Origin: Porphyridium purpureum
Taxonomy: Eukaryota
Assembly (NCBI GenBank): GCA_008690995.1
Contig: VRMN01000013.1
Location: 62,001-126,000 of the forward strand
Direction of reading: 5' to 3'
Length of the DNA stretch: 64,000 nt
Position 1 is the first letter of the stretch. Each line of letters begins with the position of its first letter. The notes under the pieces were generated by a model, which was not told the DNA's origin, did no database searches, and worked only from the letters and a program-made list of their open reading frames with translations. Positions 42,715-53,327 of this stretch are shown in pieces. Both the position numbers and the translations under genes were made by a program.

Positions 42715-45139
42715 GTATCGCAAGCTCTAGCAACCGCGCTAACACGATCAATCACCGCCAACTCAGTTGCCTGAACGTCAACAAGATGCGCGCTCACGTG
42801 TCAAAAATCACAAATCAGCCATTCTGGCGTAGTGTACAGTTGCGCCGAGCCCGTGAACAGTCAGTAGCGTGTGATTTTCCCCACTTCCGCAGGAGGTACT
42901 GTTGAAGTGTACTTGCCCTAAAATCGTGAAACAACCCCGTTTGATGCGTGTACTGTGAGTTGGGTCATGTTGTTATGGCGTCGTCAAGTGAAGCGCGTGC
43001 GTGTGGGGGGCCAGAGGTTTGGATGGCAATGGACGGCGAAAGAGCGTGGGCGCGAGTGCGAGTGAGAGCGCGTTGGGTGCGATGCGGGTCGGGTCTCTGC
43101 GAGTGCTGGGCGCGAGGGTCGTGGCAGCGGGCGCGCGCACGGCCAGTCCGGGCTCGCGATCATCCGTCCTTCGGATGGCGACGCAAGGGTGGCAGCGCTC
43201 CAGATGGCGCGGCACATGCGCGTCTGCAGCGCCCCATCTGTGCGCGAACAGCGCGGCGCAGCTGCCGGTGGCAGGTCTGGAACAGGCGGCGCACCCGGCG
43301 TGCTGCGACGGTGCAGCAAGGATAGAGGTTTCGGCCGTCTCGGCAGAGGACGACGACGATGCGGACACGATGTAGCGCGCGCTGGCCGGGTTTCTCTTGG
43401 GCATGTAAAATAAGCGGGCGGCCCAAGGAGCCCAGCCAGCGCGAGTCCCAGACATCTACATTGTAAGATACATGCCTCGCTCGTAAACCTTTAGTTAAAG
43501 TCATCTGGAAAAAGAAAAAAGGTATCCGCCATGTTTTGGCCCGCACGTTTGTCAGCACGGATTGGCAGGAGCGAATGTTGGCCTTGTTGCTCCGCAGAAC
43601 AGCGACGGTACTCACCTAGGAACGTCGCCCACGTGGATGAAGCCAATGCTCCCCGCGATCGGGCCATTTCTCTCCGCGTGCACATGGACGAGCCGGTGCT
43701 CCAGCGTCGTCTTGGCTCACAACGAGACGTGTACCGCCGGATGATCCAGCTGACACATGTGCGCCCGCGTGCCAAGAATGCGGCGCGACTAAATGCTATT
43801 CTTGGCACACGCCAGCCCGACCGAGACGTCAAGTAACTAACACGCCATCGCTGAACCATCAAAAGATGAACGCTGTCCAGATGACTTCATGTTTTCCTCC
43901 TGCTTTCACAAGTTTCACGGCACTCCCGTGTCGCCAACGTTGGAGGCCTGTGCGAGCGCGACGCGCCGCCCGCAGGCTAATCCGTGCGTTGCTTACATCA
44001 GCTGTTTGTGGCTCCGGCGTGGCGTCCACTCGCGGCGAGATCCATGCGGACGCACCCACGGTGAACAAATCACTCTCACACACACACACACACCAACGTT
44101 GTGTGCAATGATGATGACGACGACGCCGACAACACAGCTGATGATGATGGTGATGACGACGACAATGATGTTGTACGAACGTCGCGCGTGACAAGCGTCT
44201 ACGCGGCGCGCGCTCGGTAGTGGGTGCGGTTGTGATGATTGGCGAGCAAACGAGAGAGAGAGAGAAAGAGAGAGAGAGCCAACAGCAGGCGGACGTGGCG
44301 CGATGATAATGCGCGTCGTTTTCCGATCCAAGGGGTTGCGGCTTACATTCCCGGGTTATCTATCTATCTGTGTGTGTGTGTGCGTGAAGCCATGCCATCT
44401 CATGTCCATGGAGTGCCGTTACACCGCAATTCTTTTTTTGGCCGTGTGAGGTTCGCCAGGCGTGAATTCATCACACGCACGGTTTCGAAATCAAATCGGG
44501 GGATTGCCGAGTGGGTATTATTGGTAAAGTAGCCCTATTTTGATAGAAGCTGTGAGCGCCCCATTGGCGAAAGGGTGGGGGGGTTGGGATGGAGGCATGG
44601 AATGCGAGGAGGAAAGGAGGGCGACGTGTACACGCGACGGAGCTGATTGGACGAATGGACGTGTGTGTCTGCTTTGGAAAGCGTGCGGGTGACGTCTGAA
44701 TCCGTGCCAAGTGTGTCGAAAAGGGAGACCACCTGGTGGCCTCTCCATGTATCCTGATGTGCGCGTTTGAAGCCAACATCTCCTGCCCTGCTGCGTTTCT
44801 GGCAAGGGCGAGAATCCGCGCGTGCACACACCGGTGGTTAGTATATAGCGCACAAAGCCCGGTCGCTGTGTATAAGGAATCGTCATGCGGGCAGGGATAC
44901 TCGTCGACGCGGCTGAGTTTTGGATGCAAGCCGTGAACTCACCGTGTCTAGTCCGCACAAGTAGTGAGTTTTGACCTGGCGGTGGTGGCTATATAAAGAC
45001 ACGGACCCCCGCGCGTGCTCCAATTGGGAATGTCCGTGCGGAGACTAACTTGGAAGTAGAAAAGCGGAGAGGATAGAGGTAAGCGACGAGTCTCACCCCG
45101 GCGCGGCAAACGTCGGAGTGTTCAACAGCGCACAGGATT

Positions 45140-46534
45140 ATGGAAGCAGAGCAAAGCCAACAGAGCTCTGGTGTGGCTACCGGCACGATGCCGCGCCACT
45201 TTGCGAGGCAAGCGAGCTGTCAGCTGTCCTTGGGCACGGAGCAAAGAAAGGCCGCCATCCAGCAGGATGACACGGTTTCAGAGTTTTCAGACATGCAAAG
45301 CCTGAGCGACTCGGAGTGGCACGAGGCGTCGGCAGCGCGCTTGAGCTACTCCAAGCGGCCGCCAAAGATGGCGCGCCAATCGCCGAGTTTCAAACTTGAG
45401 GACGCCAGCGCCGTCATTGAGTACACAAGCCCGCCGAGCAGCCCCGAAGAGTTCGACAGTATAGCGATCAGCAAGCGCTTTGCCTTGGAGCACAGCAATA
45501 GCGGCAGCGGCAAGCAGGCCATCTCGCCTCAGCAGCGGTTGAGCCGTACAAGGACCACGAGCTGTTCTTTGCTCGGGGCGCTGGACCGTAGCGACAGCGA
45601 GTTCATTGGTGACACGGCGTCGGTACTGACGTTTCCGCTGTGGCTCGAGATGATGCTGCAGCCACTAGACGACCCGCTGTTGAGCCTGTGCCAGTTCAAG
45701 ACAAAGGGACTCGTCAAGAAGTTTTCCAAGTTCTGGACCTTTGTGACGGCACTGGAGGCCGGGCTCGTGTGGAGCATCGTGCTCTTCGCGCTGGGCTACC
45801 GCGACACAGCACGGCTGTTCAACTGTATGCTGTTTTGCCTCAGCATTTTCTCGCAAGTGCCCAAGCGCTTTATATGGCGCCCACGCCCATGGATGGTGTA
45901 CCGCGCGGAAGGCGTGCGCAAGGACAAGACCAGCTCGTTTCCATCGCGCGCGTCAGCATGCTCGCTCGTTTTCCCACTGCTCATGCTGAAAGCGTACGAA
46001 CAATTTTCTGGCAGCGCAGCGCAGCCAGTGCTTGCGTTTGGGTTTGTGGGCTTCTGGATTGTGTGCACGGCGTTCGCGCGCGTCAACGTGGGAGCGCATT
46101 ATCCGTCGGATATCATCGCTGGCTTGGTAATGGGTGCCATGGTGTGGCAGTCTGGTCTCGCTCTGACTCGAAGTATGTCGGTCCTGGACTCGGTCATGCG
46201 CGCGGTGCTTCCACTCGAGTTGCGATTTGTTGTCGGCGCGTGTGCCTCTTTTGCTACTAACATTGTGTTCATGGAGCACTTTTGGGCCAAGTGCTCATTT
46301 GTGTTTGGTATGCTCCTAGCAGCCATGACTTACGACATGACTTTTGAACCATTAGCACTGCGCGGAGCAGCTGCGGCTAGCAGTCACGGTTCAGCGGCTC
46401 TTGCGATCATTACCGCCATGGTCATTCTCGCGTACGGTATGTTCGCGCACAAGCGAAAGGGATTTGCGTGGCAACTCATCGTCTTCACGCAGATCTTTTT
46501 TGTATCACTCGCCTACATGCTCTACTTTGGATAA
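45140..46534 (+). CDS. PAP2-superfamily integral membrane lipid-phosphate phosphatase-like protein
   Basis: C1 KRFIWRPRP, C2 SFPSRA, C3 ARVNVGAHYPSDIIAG. Multiple TM helices and a Ser-rich N-terminus. Confidence 0.88.
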   Translation: MEAEQSQQSSGVATGTMPRHFARQASCQLSLGTEQRKAAIQQDDTVSEFSDMQSLSDSEWHEASAARLSYSKRPPKMARQSPSFKLEDASAVIEYTSPPSSPEEFDSIAISKRFALEHSNSGSGKQAISPQQRLSRTRTTSCSLLGALDRSDSEFIGDTASVLTFPLWLEMMLQPLDDPLLSLCQFKTKGLVKKFSKFWTFVTALEAGLVWSIVLFALGYRDTARLFNCMLFCLSIFSQVPKRFIWRPRPWMVYRAEGVRKDKTSSFPSRASACSLVFPLLMLKAYEQFSGSAAQPVLAFGFVGFWIVCTAFARVNVGAHYPSDIIAGLVMGAMVWQSGLALTRSMSVLDSVMRAVLPLELRFVVGACASFATNIVFMEHFWAKCSFVFGMLLAAMTYDMTFEPLALRGAAAASSHGSAALAIITAMVILAYGMFAHKRKGFAWQLIVFTQIFFVSLAYMLYFG

Positions 46535-46584
46535 GCATATAGTTTTAGTCACGAAACAACCATAAATATAGACGATCGCCACCT

Positions 46585-47961
46585 CTATTCGTCGTTCCTT
46601 TCATCATGATCATGGTCCTCATCGTCGCTCTCCGAACTTCTAATTTCCCATCGCTCCACCTGCTGCTGGCTGCCGCTGTGCAGCACAGAAAAATGCTTGG
46701 TTTCAGGAAGGGCAAATCCGAGCACGGCCAAGCCAGTCACCGCAACGCAAAAGTAGGCGCCGAACACCGGCGCCGGACCAAAGCGCTGAACGCTCGTCAG
46801 GAACGTGCTTGCAACGACATAGTTCGTCATCCAATTGACGCTGGTCGCCGTGCCGGCAAGGTGGCGCATGCCGGACGGGTAGATTTCTGAGTTGATCAGC
46901 CATGGCATGGGCCCCATTCCACTGGCAAAGCACGCAAGATACGCACACAGTCCCACGATTGACACGAGCTTGGAGCAAGCTCGCGCTGGGTAGTAAAATG
47001 AGTAGACAAGGAGCAGCAGCGACGCCGCGACGCCGGCGAGCGAGCATATCGTGACTGTTCGCCGCGGGTGGCGGCGGGTCACAAAGACGCCCACAAAAGC
47101 GAACGATGAGTTAAAGCTTGCAACGACGGCGTTCAACCAGATTGCTGTGCTGGCAGTGAAACCCAGAATGCGGCTCATAATGGTGCCCGTGTAGTACATG
47201 ACACAGTTGATGCCGCTTCCTTGCTGCACAAAATGCAGAAAGCAACCCAGAAAAAGTGCGGAAAGCGTTTGAGAATCTCGCGGCACCCACTTTGCGACGA
47301 ATTGAGCCCACCAGCCGTGCGGCTGAAGCGATGGTGCAGAATCTTCTGATTCGGGCACCGCCACCAACGCGCCTCCTGACGCGTGCTTCTCTGCTTGTGC
47401 TCTCAACCAGAGCGGTGACTCTGGCAGCACAAACACGAGTTGTGCGACCAGCAGCGCCGAAGGCACCGCGGCCAATCCTAGCATGAATCGCCAGCCGCTC
47501 TGCTGATTATTTGCAAACGCTGCGCCCACCAGCGCGGCACCGAGCTGACCAGCATTTATGTACAAGTTATACGAGGCGATCACTGGTCCCCGCTCCTGCA
47601 TCGAGACACACTCAGCCAGGTACACCGGCGCGACGGACGCGACAATGCCGACGGCCAGCCCGATTCCCATCCGCATCGCGAACAACGTGCGCCACGTGGA
47701 CGCCAGTGCAGTGACGATCGCCGTGACCCAGAACATGACCGCGGCAAGCAGCAGCGTTTTGCGTCGTCCGCCGACACTACTGAGCCAGGAGCCGAGCGGC
47801 GCTCCGACCGCCGCGCACAACACCGCCACGGCGACGTACCGTTCTGCCTGCGCGTCCGTCAGCGCCAACTGCGGCGACATCTGCACCAGCGCAGCCGACA
47901 CAATGCCCGTGTCATACCCAAACAACGCGCCGCATAATCCTCCCGCCACCGTCACATCCAT
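46585..47961 (-). CDS. MFS sugar porter (inositol/polyol transporter-like)
   Basis: LFGYDTGIVSAA, GGRRKTL, APVYLAE, WRFMLGLAAVP, LPESPLWL, QQGSGINCVMYY, PWLINSEIYP, LPETK. Confidence 0.93.
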   Translation of the reverse strand: MDVTVAGGLCGALFGYDTGIVSAALVQMSPQLALTDAQAERYVAVAVLCAAVGAPLGSWLSSVGGRRKTLLLAAVMFWVTAIVTALASTWRTLFAMRMGIGLAVGIVASVAPVYLAECVSMQERGPVIASYNLYINAGQLGAALVGAAFANNQQSGWRFMLGLAAVPSALLVAQLVFVLPESPLWLRAQAEKHASGGALVAVPESEDSAPSLQPHGWWAQFVAKWVPRDSQTLSALFLGCFLHFVQQGSGINCVMYYTGTIMSRILGFTASTAIWLNAVVASFNSSFAFVGVFVTRRHPRRTVTICSLAGVAASLLLLVYSFYYPARACSKLVSIVGLCAYLACFASGMGPMPWLINSEIYPSGMRHLAGTATSVNWMTNYVVASTFLTSVQRFGPAPVFGAYFCVAVTGLAVLGFALPETKHFSVLHSGSQQQVERWEIRSSESDDEDHDHDERNDE

Positions 47962-48015
47962 CCCATCCCACCCCCTCTGTGTCTCTCCCTCCTCGCCTCC
48001 CACACCAAACGCACA

Positions 48016-48035
48016 AGTACAGTTATAACTGTACT
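48016..48035. promoter_or_regulatory. Perfect 20-bp palindrome AGTACAGT-TATA-ACTGTACT
   Basis: Lies 55 bp upstream of the sugar-porter ATG. Further CTGTAC copies at about 48053 and 48111. Confidence 0.5.
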
Positions 48036-48962
48036 CATGCTATCCACCGCAACTGTACTGGGCTCGCATTAGGGTTCCTCCTCCAGTACTGCGAATCACT
48101 TGCATTGCAACTGTACACCCTCCGAATGAGCCATTCAAACCGGGGTTCTGTAAATGTTTATTTAATACCTCCAAAATCAGATGTTTAAACTTTATTTTAA
48201 CCATGCTTTAAAGTTTTGGAATTTGTTCTCCTTTTTTTGTTTCTGTGAAGGGGCGACTCGAGGGGTGAGGGGGCGTGAAGGAGTGAGGGGTCGTGGCGGT
48301 GAAGACACGCGGCCCGGAAGGCATGAGGCGCGGTTTCGAAACACGGAGGAAAACGCAGTGCGCGCGTTCGTCCAACATGGAGGAGAAGCGCCGCGTCATT
48401 GGTGTCAGCCGCGCGGTGAATGAGTGATGAGCAATGTGGCAGAGCGACAGGAGGGCAGCGCGCGTGCGCCACATAAAGCGCGCGCCCCTGTGGTTCTGCT
48501 TTCTTCGTTCTCTTTGTGTGAGTGAGAGGGACGACGCTCCGTGGACATCCGGGCACAGTGTTTGAAATCGTGTCTTTCTCTCTCTGTCTCTGTATCTCTT
48601 GTTTACAAGGGCGTCACCGAGTACGCTCTGCGTGGAATAAGTTCCATCGGTAAAAGGATTCACGTGGACGTGAGACACACAGTGACTGTGCGGGCTTGAA
48701 ACTCGGGTATGAGCGCGCGCGCGAGGCGGCGACAGATTTAAGCAAGCGGCGACTCGAGCTTGCGCGCCAAAGTTTGGAGAAGAAGGATTTCGGACGTGAG
48801 GACGGAAAGGAGCAAACGCACAGAGGCAAAGTTGCTCGCATCGTTTGGCCGAGGGCACACGCAGAGATTTGAGAAGCGGGCGACAGCGGGCTCTTGAATT
48901 GTGGGTCCAGTCCGCTTTCAGGCAGCCGCGCCAATTTCTTGTCCCGCGCTGGGCGTTGAGCA

Positions 48963-51302
48963 ATGCTCGACTTTTACGCTGCTGTACAGCAAGCTCACAC
49001 TGCCCCCTCAAGGCACGTGGCAATGACAATGGAGTGCGATGACATGCAGATCGACTCTGGGAGTGGACCATGCACGGATAGTCGCAACAGCAAGGACCTA
49101 TGGCTGTTCTCGGCACGCGAAAGCCAAGAGTCAGGCTCGCGCGCGAAGCGCAGCAGCGGTACAGGCTCGGCGCCAGATGATCTCGGACTGCCTCCTACCA
49201 GTCTGGGCTTGCACCAATTTGAGCCCATGAGCGCGCAAATGCTCGACGTTAACAGCAGCCGCGCACTGCTCATGAGCGGCCGCACGATCGACTTTAAGGG
49301 CTTTGAGTGGAACGCCGAAAGAGAGTGGCTGTCGCCATCCAACGGGCGCCCATCTTCAGGCTCCTGGATCCCATCGACAAATGACCTGCTCAGCTGGCGC
49401 CGTATCTGTATCGATCAGAGCAGAAACAGCGGGAACTGGTTGGATCTGGCCGCGTCGGAGCTTGCAGCGAGCCCTACAGCCTTCCCAAATAACGCCACGC
49501 CACAGGTTGCTGAGAAGCAGCTGCGGCAAACGCAAGCTCAGCATTCAGCTGACGAATCGCGCAGCCACTACCGCAAAAATTCGGCCTTGCGAGCGTCGCG
49601 CATTCTTGACCAAATGGACGGCAGAGCCCCCTCTGGTGAACTTCAGGATCGTGTAACCACCTCACCGAGTTCGGGCGTATCCGAGCAGCGGTACCGGCAG
49701 CAGCAGCCATCTGCGCGTTCGTCTCACGTGGCGGCCGGTGCTCCGTCCGTGCAGACGACAGCCAATCCATGGGGCAGTGAAGTGCTCCGTCAGCGCGTGA
49801 GCACGATGCATTTGGATCTGACGCCGGACCGGGACCCAGCACATACAAGGATTGAATCAAATGCTGCGTTCCCGGTAGGCATTTCTCCCGCGTGGCACCG
49901 AGCCGATGACGTCAAGGCTGCAAGCCACTTTCCGCAATCACGCGAAATGGCGCCCGTCGAGGCCATGGCTGCGGTTGCGCCCCGACTGTCTGCGCCCTTT
50001 CCGGCCGTGAGTGGGCCCGGCATGGCAGTGCTACCTGCTTCAGCGGGTCTGTGTGGAGACAGAATCAAGAACAAGTTGGCGCGCTCGTCCGGCACACTGT
50101 CTCGCGAGACGGCTTCTTCAAAAGCGAATCGCCGTGGCGGTCAATCTGCGACCATGCCGAGCTCGGACGTGGTGAATGTGTCAGTGTGTGTGGAGAGTGT
50201 GAGTGAGGGCCTGTCGCGACGGCCGGAATTCTTGCTTGTGAGCGGCGTAGGCGCGTTTAGTGGCACGCACGTGGACATCGCGGCCGGGCTGTACAGTTTT
50301 ACGCTCACAGAGTCGGACCTGAAGGGCAAGTTGGACTTGTACATCATGGGCGACGAGTCCTTTGCGTTCTGTCCCGTGCACGTTGTGGTGAGCCGGCACC
50401 GCCGTGCGGGAGCAGTCGTTCGTGAGAAACTGGAGGGACCTTGGCGCTTTGCAGAACACGGGCACGTCAAGTCGACCGTCTTTCTTGTGTGTTCGCTGCC
50501 GCTTTCCGAAGAAGGTCGCATAATCACGGCAGAGGGCAGTGCGCTGCTCTCATTTGAGAAGGAAAGCGGTGGGGCCGGCGACATGGCCATTGAGGTCATG
50601 GACGACGATACAGAGAGCGACAGCAAACATCGTTGCTTTGATGTGGCACCCGCCAGTGCGACGCGTCTAGGACACATGCGGATGCATGCGAGCGGGGCAA
50701 CGTCGTCTCGTGACAGCGGCCCAGGCGCGACGCGCAGCTGCGGGATGGAGGCAAGAATGATGGACGCGCGCGAGGATGGCGACGATGAGGAAGACGACGA
50801 CAGCGAAAGTGCCCGCGCGCGCTTTGAGCTGAGCGAAAAGGACTACCTGACGCCGTTTGACGCCGAGGTGTACCGCACGGGTTACGATAACCTGCGTCGT
50901 GTGGTGGAGGTGTACAGGCCACTTCGTCTGCGCGAGATCTTTGCGACGATTTCGCGGGAAGAAGTGATGTCGTTGGTGGTGTTCCCCATTCCGTTTGTGG
51001 CGCAGCAAGTCGGGCTCTACTCGAGCTCGATGAAGCGCGTGACGTCCAAATTTGGCGTGCGGTACTGGCCGTACCGGAAGATCGAAGGGATCCGCGTGAA
51101 AATCGCGCGCGTGCTGGCGGAGATCCAGACGGGCGCGCCCGTGAAGCGGCCGCAAGAGAGGGAGCTGTGGCTGGAGCGGCGGCACGAAAAGCTGCGCAAG
51201 CTCGAACAGGAGTACCAATGCAAACTTGTGGAAATCGGCTTCAGCTCCTTAGCGCATTTGTCTCAAGCCGCATCCTGCACGGCGCCGCCAGCACCACCAT
51301 AA
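48963..51302 (+). CDS. RWP-RK (NIN/RKD-like) transcription factor
   Basis: C-terminal ISREEVMSLVVFPIPFVAQQVGLYSSSMKRVTSKFGVRYWPYRKIEGI followed by a coiled coil. Confidence 0.85.
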   Translation: MLDFYAAVQQAHTAPSRHVAMTMECDDMQIDSGSGPCTDSRNSKDLWLFSARESQESGSRAKRSSGTGSAPDDLGLPPTSLGLHQFEPMSAQMLDVNSSRALLMSGRTIDFKGFEWNAEREWLSPSNGRPSSGSWIPSTNDLLSWRRICIDQSRNSGNWLDLAASELAASPTAFPNNATPQVAEKQLRQTQAQHSADESRSHYRKNSALRASRILDQMDGRAPSGELQDRVTTSPSSGVSEQRYRQQQPSARSSHVAAGAPSVQTTANPWGSEVLRQRVSTMHLDLTPDRDPAHTRIESNAAFPVGISPAWHRADDVKAASHFPQSREMAPVEAMAAVAPRLSAPFPAVSGPGMAVLPASAGLCGDRIKNKLARSSGTLSRETASSKANRRGGQSATMPSSDVVNVSVCVESVSEGLSRRPEFLLVSGVGAFSGTHVDIAAGLYSFTLTESDLKGKLDLYIMGDESFAFCPVHVVVSRHRRAGAVVREKLEGPWRFAEHGHVKSTVFLVCSLPLSEEGRIITAEGSALLSFEKESGGAGDMAIEVMDDDTESDSKHRCFDVAPASATRLGHMRMHASGATSSRDSGPGATRSCGMEARMMDAREDGDDEEDDDSESARARFELSEKDYLTPFDAEVYRTGYDNLRRVVEVYRPLRLREIFATISREEVMSLVVFPIPFVAQQVGLYSSSMKRVTSKFGVRYWPYRKIEGIRVKIARVLAEIQTGAPVKRPQERELWLERRHEKLRKLEQEYQCKLVEIGFSSLAHLSQAASCTAPPAPP

Positions 51303-51335
51303 ACCATAAACCATAAACAATAACCCATAAACCGT
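51301..51335. repeat. Degenerate 7-bp repeat (AAACCAT, about 5 units)
   Basis: aaaccat aaaccat aaacaat aacccat aaaccgt, beginning at the RWP-RK stop codon. Confidence 0.8.
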
Positions 51336-51822
51336 TTTAGCCGCTCCCAACCGCATTTGTCCGCTCCAGCAGTACCCCCGCTTCCACCAACGTACAGTGC
51401 TCCACCACCGCATTACCGCAAGCGCATGACAAGAGTGCGAGTTGCATCTCAGTCACACATAAACGTCTACCGAAACCGCGCGTTTTCCCATGGGCCTTTT
51501 TCTTTCCTCCGCGGCGTCCATTTTATTTCAACCGCCTTTTCTTGTGTGTTTCCATTCTTTTTGATTCCAGCCTCCCTGCCAGCCACGCGGTCATCACGTC
51601 CAAACGCACCAACATACAAAACGCACCACCGACTCACGTGACGTGGCTGTAAAGTCGCGCGCCGTGTGTCGGCGGTTCTGGTGGTTTTGGTAGGCTTGGG
51701 AGGCTGTGTATGAAAATAGCGCCCAAAAGGCGAGAACTGTGGTGACACCGTTCGGGGGTATTTTGGCTTTGTGCGTGCGGCTCGAGTCTGGCATCTTTGG
51801 TGTCTCGTGTTTTCCGCGTGTT

Positions 51823-51876
51823 CTGTGAGTCCTGTGAGTCCTGTGAGTCCTGTGAGTTCCGTGAGTCCTGTGTGTC
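51823..51876. repeat. 9-bp tandem repeat (CTGTGAGTC, about 6 units)
   Basis: Three exact and three single-mismatch units. Confidence 0.9.
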
Positions 51877-52152
51877 CTTTGTTTAAAATCTGCGCTGCAG
51901 ACTGAATGAGCGATGAGCGGGACCTGGTAGAATGTCGCGCGTGGCATCGCTGTGATGGCGCGGTTGGTGCATGTATATATATATACACATAAGGCGTGTG
52001 GGAATAGCTACGCTTGGGTCAAGTTGGGCGTGCGAGTGAAAGAGTCATGCGTTTTGGGGATGATGATGCTGTGAGAAGGAGAGAGAGAGAGAGAGAGGGA
52101 CAGAGACTGTGTGCAGAGCATGAAGGTGGGGAGCAGGTGAGCTCGCATGTGG

Positions 52153-52782
52153 ATGGAGACGATTACGGCAAGGACCATGTCGCAGGTGACGGAGCCTGCA
52201 GCGCGGGAAGGCGTGACGGTTCAGAGCGCGTGGGGGGAAAAGGGCGGCGAGTCAAGTGGCCACGCACAGCTGACGAACGACGCGCTCGTGGATGATTTGA
52301 CGGATGATGACATGGAGATTGAGCTGGGGATGTATTATTCGGATATTGAGACGCAGGGGTCGAGTTCAGACGGAGCGGGGCGCGCGGCGTCTGGGCTGGC
52401 GCAGTTGGCAAATGCGCGCATGCCGCACAACGACGCGCCACACCAGAAGGGTGCGCGCCAGCACCAGGACAGCGTGGCGGACAAGGAACACCAGGCCCAA
52501 AAGGACACGCACCGTTCGCTGTTCTGCCAGTCCGCGCTGCAGCGTTCTCGCGCACGTCGCATGTACAGGTCGTTGTCATGCCGCCCAGACTCTGTCGAGG
52601 ACTTTTGCATCCACAACGATCCCAACAAGTGCGTCGAGGTCAAGTTTGGGTCGATGCGCCGAACGTGGACTTTCCTGGACCTGCGCCTCGAGCTCGACCC
52701 TGCCGCCGCAGACCCACCGGGAGCAGGGGAACCACCGGCAGACGAAAGTAACAAGCTCCGGCGGTCGAAGACAGTGCAATGA
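52153..52782 (+). CDS. Hypothetical protein (209 aa)
   Basis: ATG after a GA-rich leader. Strong GC3 codon bias. Ordered C-terminal segment (RSLSCRPDSVEDF...VKFGSMRRTWTFLDL). Confidence 0.6.
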   Translation: METITARTMSQVTEPAAREGVTVQSAWGEKGGESSGHAQLTNDALVDDLTDDDMEIELGMYYSDIETQGSSSDGAGRAASGLAQLANARMPHNDAPHQKGARQHQDSVADKEHQAQKDTHRSLFCQSALQRSRARRMYRSLSCRPDSVEDFCIHNDPNKCVEVKFGSMRRTWTFLDLRLELDPAAADPPGAGEPPADESNKLRRSKTVQ

Positions 52783-53327
52783 GCATGCTGGGCGCGTGCG
52801 TTTGCGCAATGGCGTCTTGGTTTCAAGATGGATTCGGAAGAGCATGAAGCGAGGGATTGAGCGAAAGAAGCAGAGCCCGCACGCCACGTGTGGAGCATGC
52901 AGGGTTGATGCGCCGAGGCGACTGGAAATGTGGAATGACAGCTGGAAAGCAAACAATTGGACATGGCTTTTTCCTCTTCTTTTCATTTACTTTTTTTTCT
53001 TCCTGTTTTTTCTTCTTTCTCTTGTTTTCCAGTGTAAGTCTGTGTTTGTGAATGGAATAGGAGCAAACATGAGAATGAGCGCTGTCATTCAATTTGACAA
53101 CAGGGGCTTACCTGTGCCCTGAACGCAACACTTGAGTCGGGTCAAGCACGCACACACGGCTCGCATTGTAGAAAATGAATGCCTTGTGACACTGGGTGTT
53201 GTTTTCATTCACCCTTCCGTGCGGTCCCCTGTGAGTGTGTGTACCTCCAACAGAATAGTTTGGAAAGATGCCTTTCTAATTCTTGGGAGAGATTTTGCGT
53301 GTAGATAGAGAAATAAATTGTGAGCAG

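Noticed and set aside
51301..51335. Interstitial telomere repeat
   Set aside because: AAACCAT differs from plant-type AAACCCT, there are only about 5 degenerate units, and the organism's telomere motif cannot be determined here.
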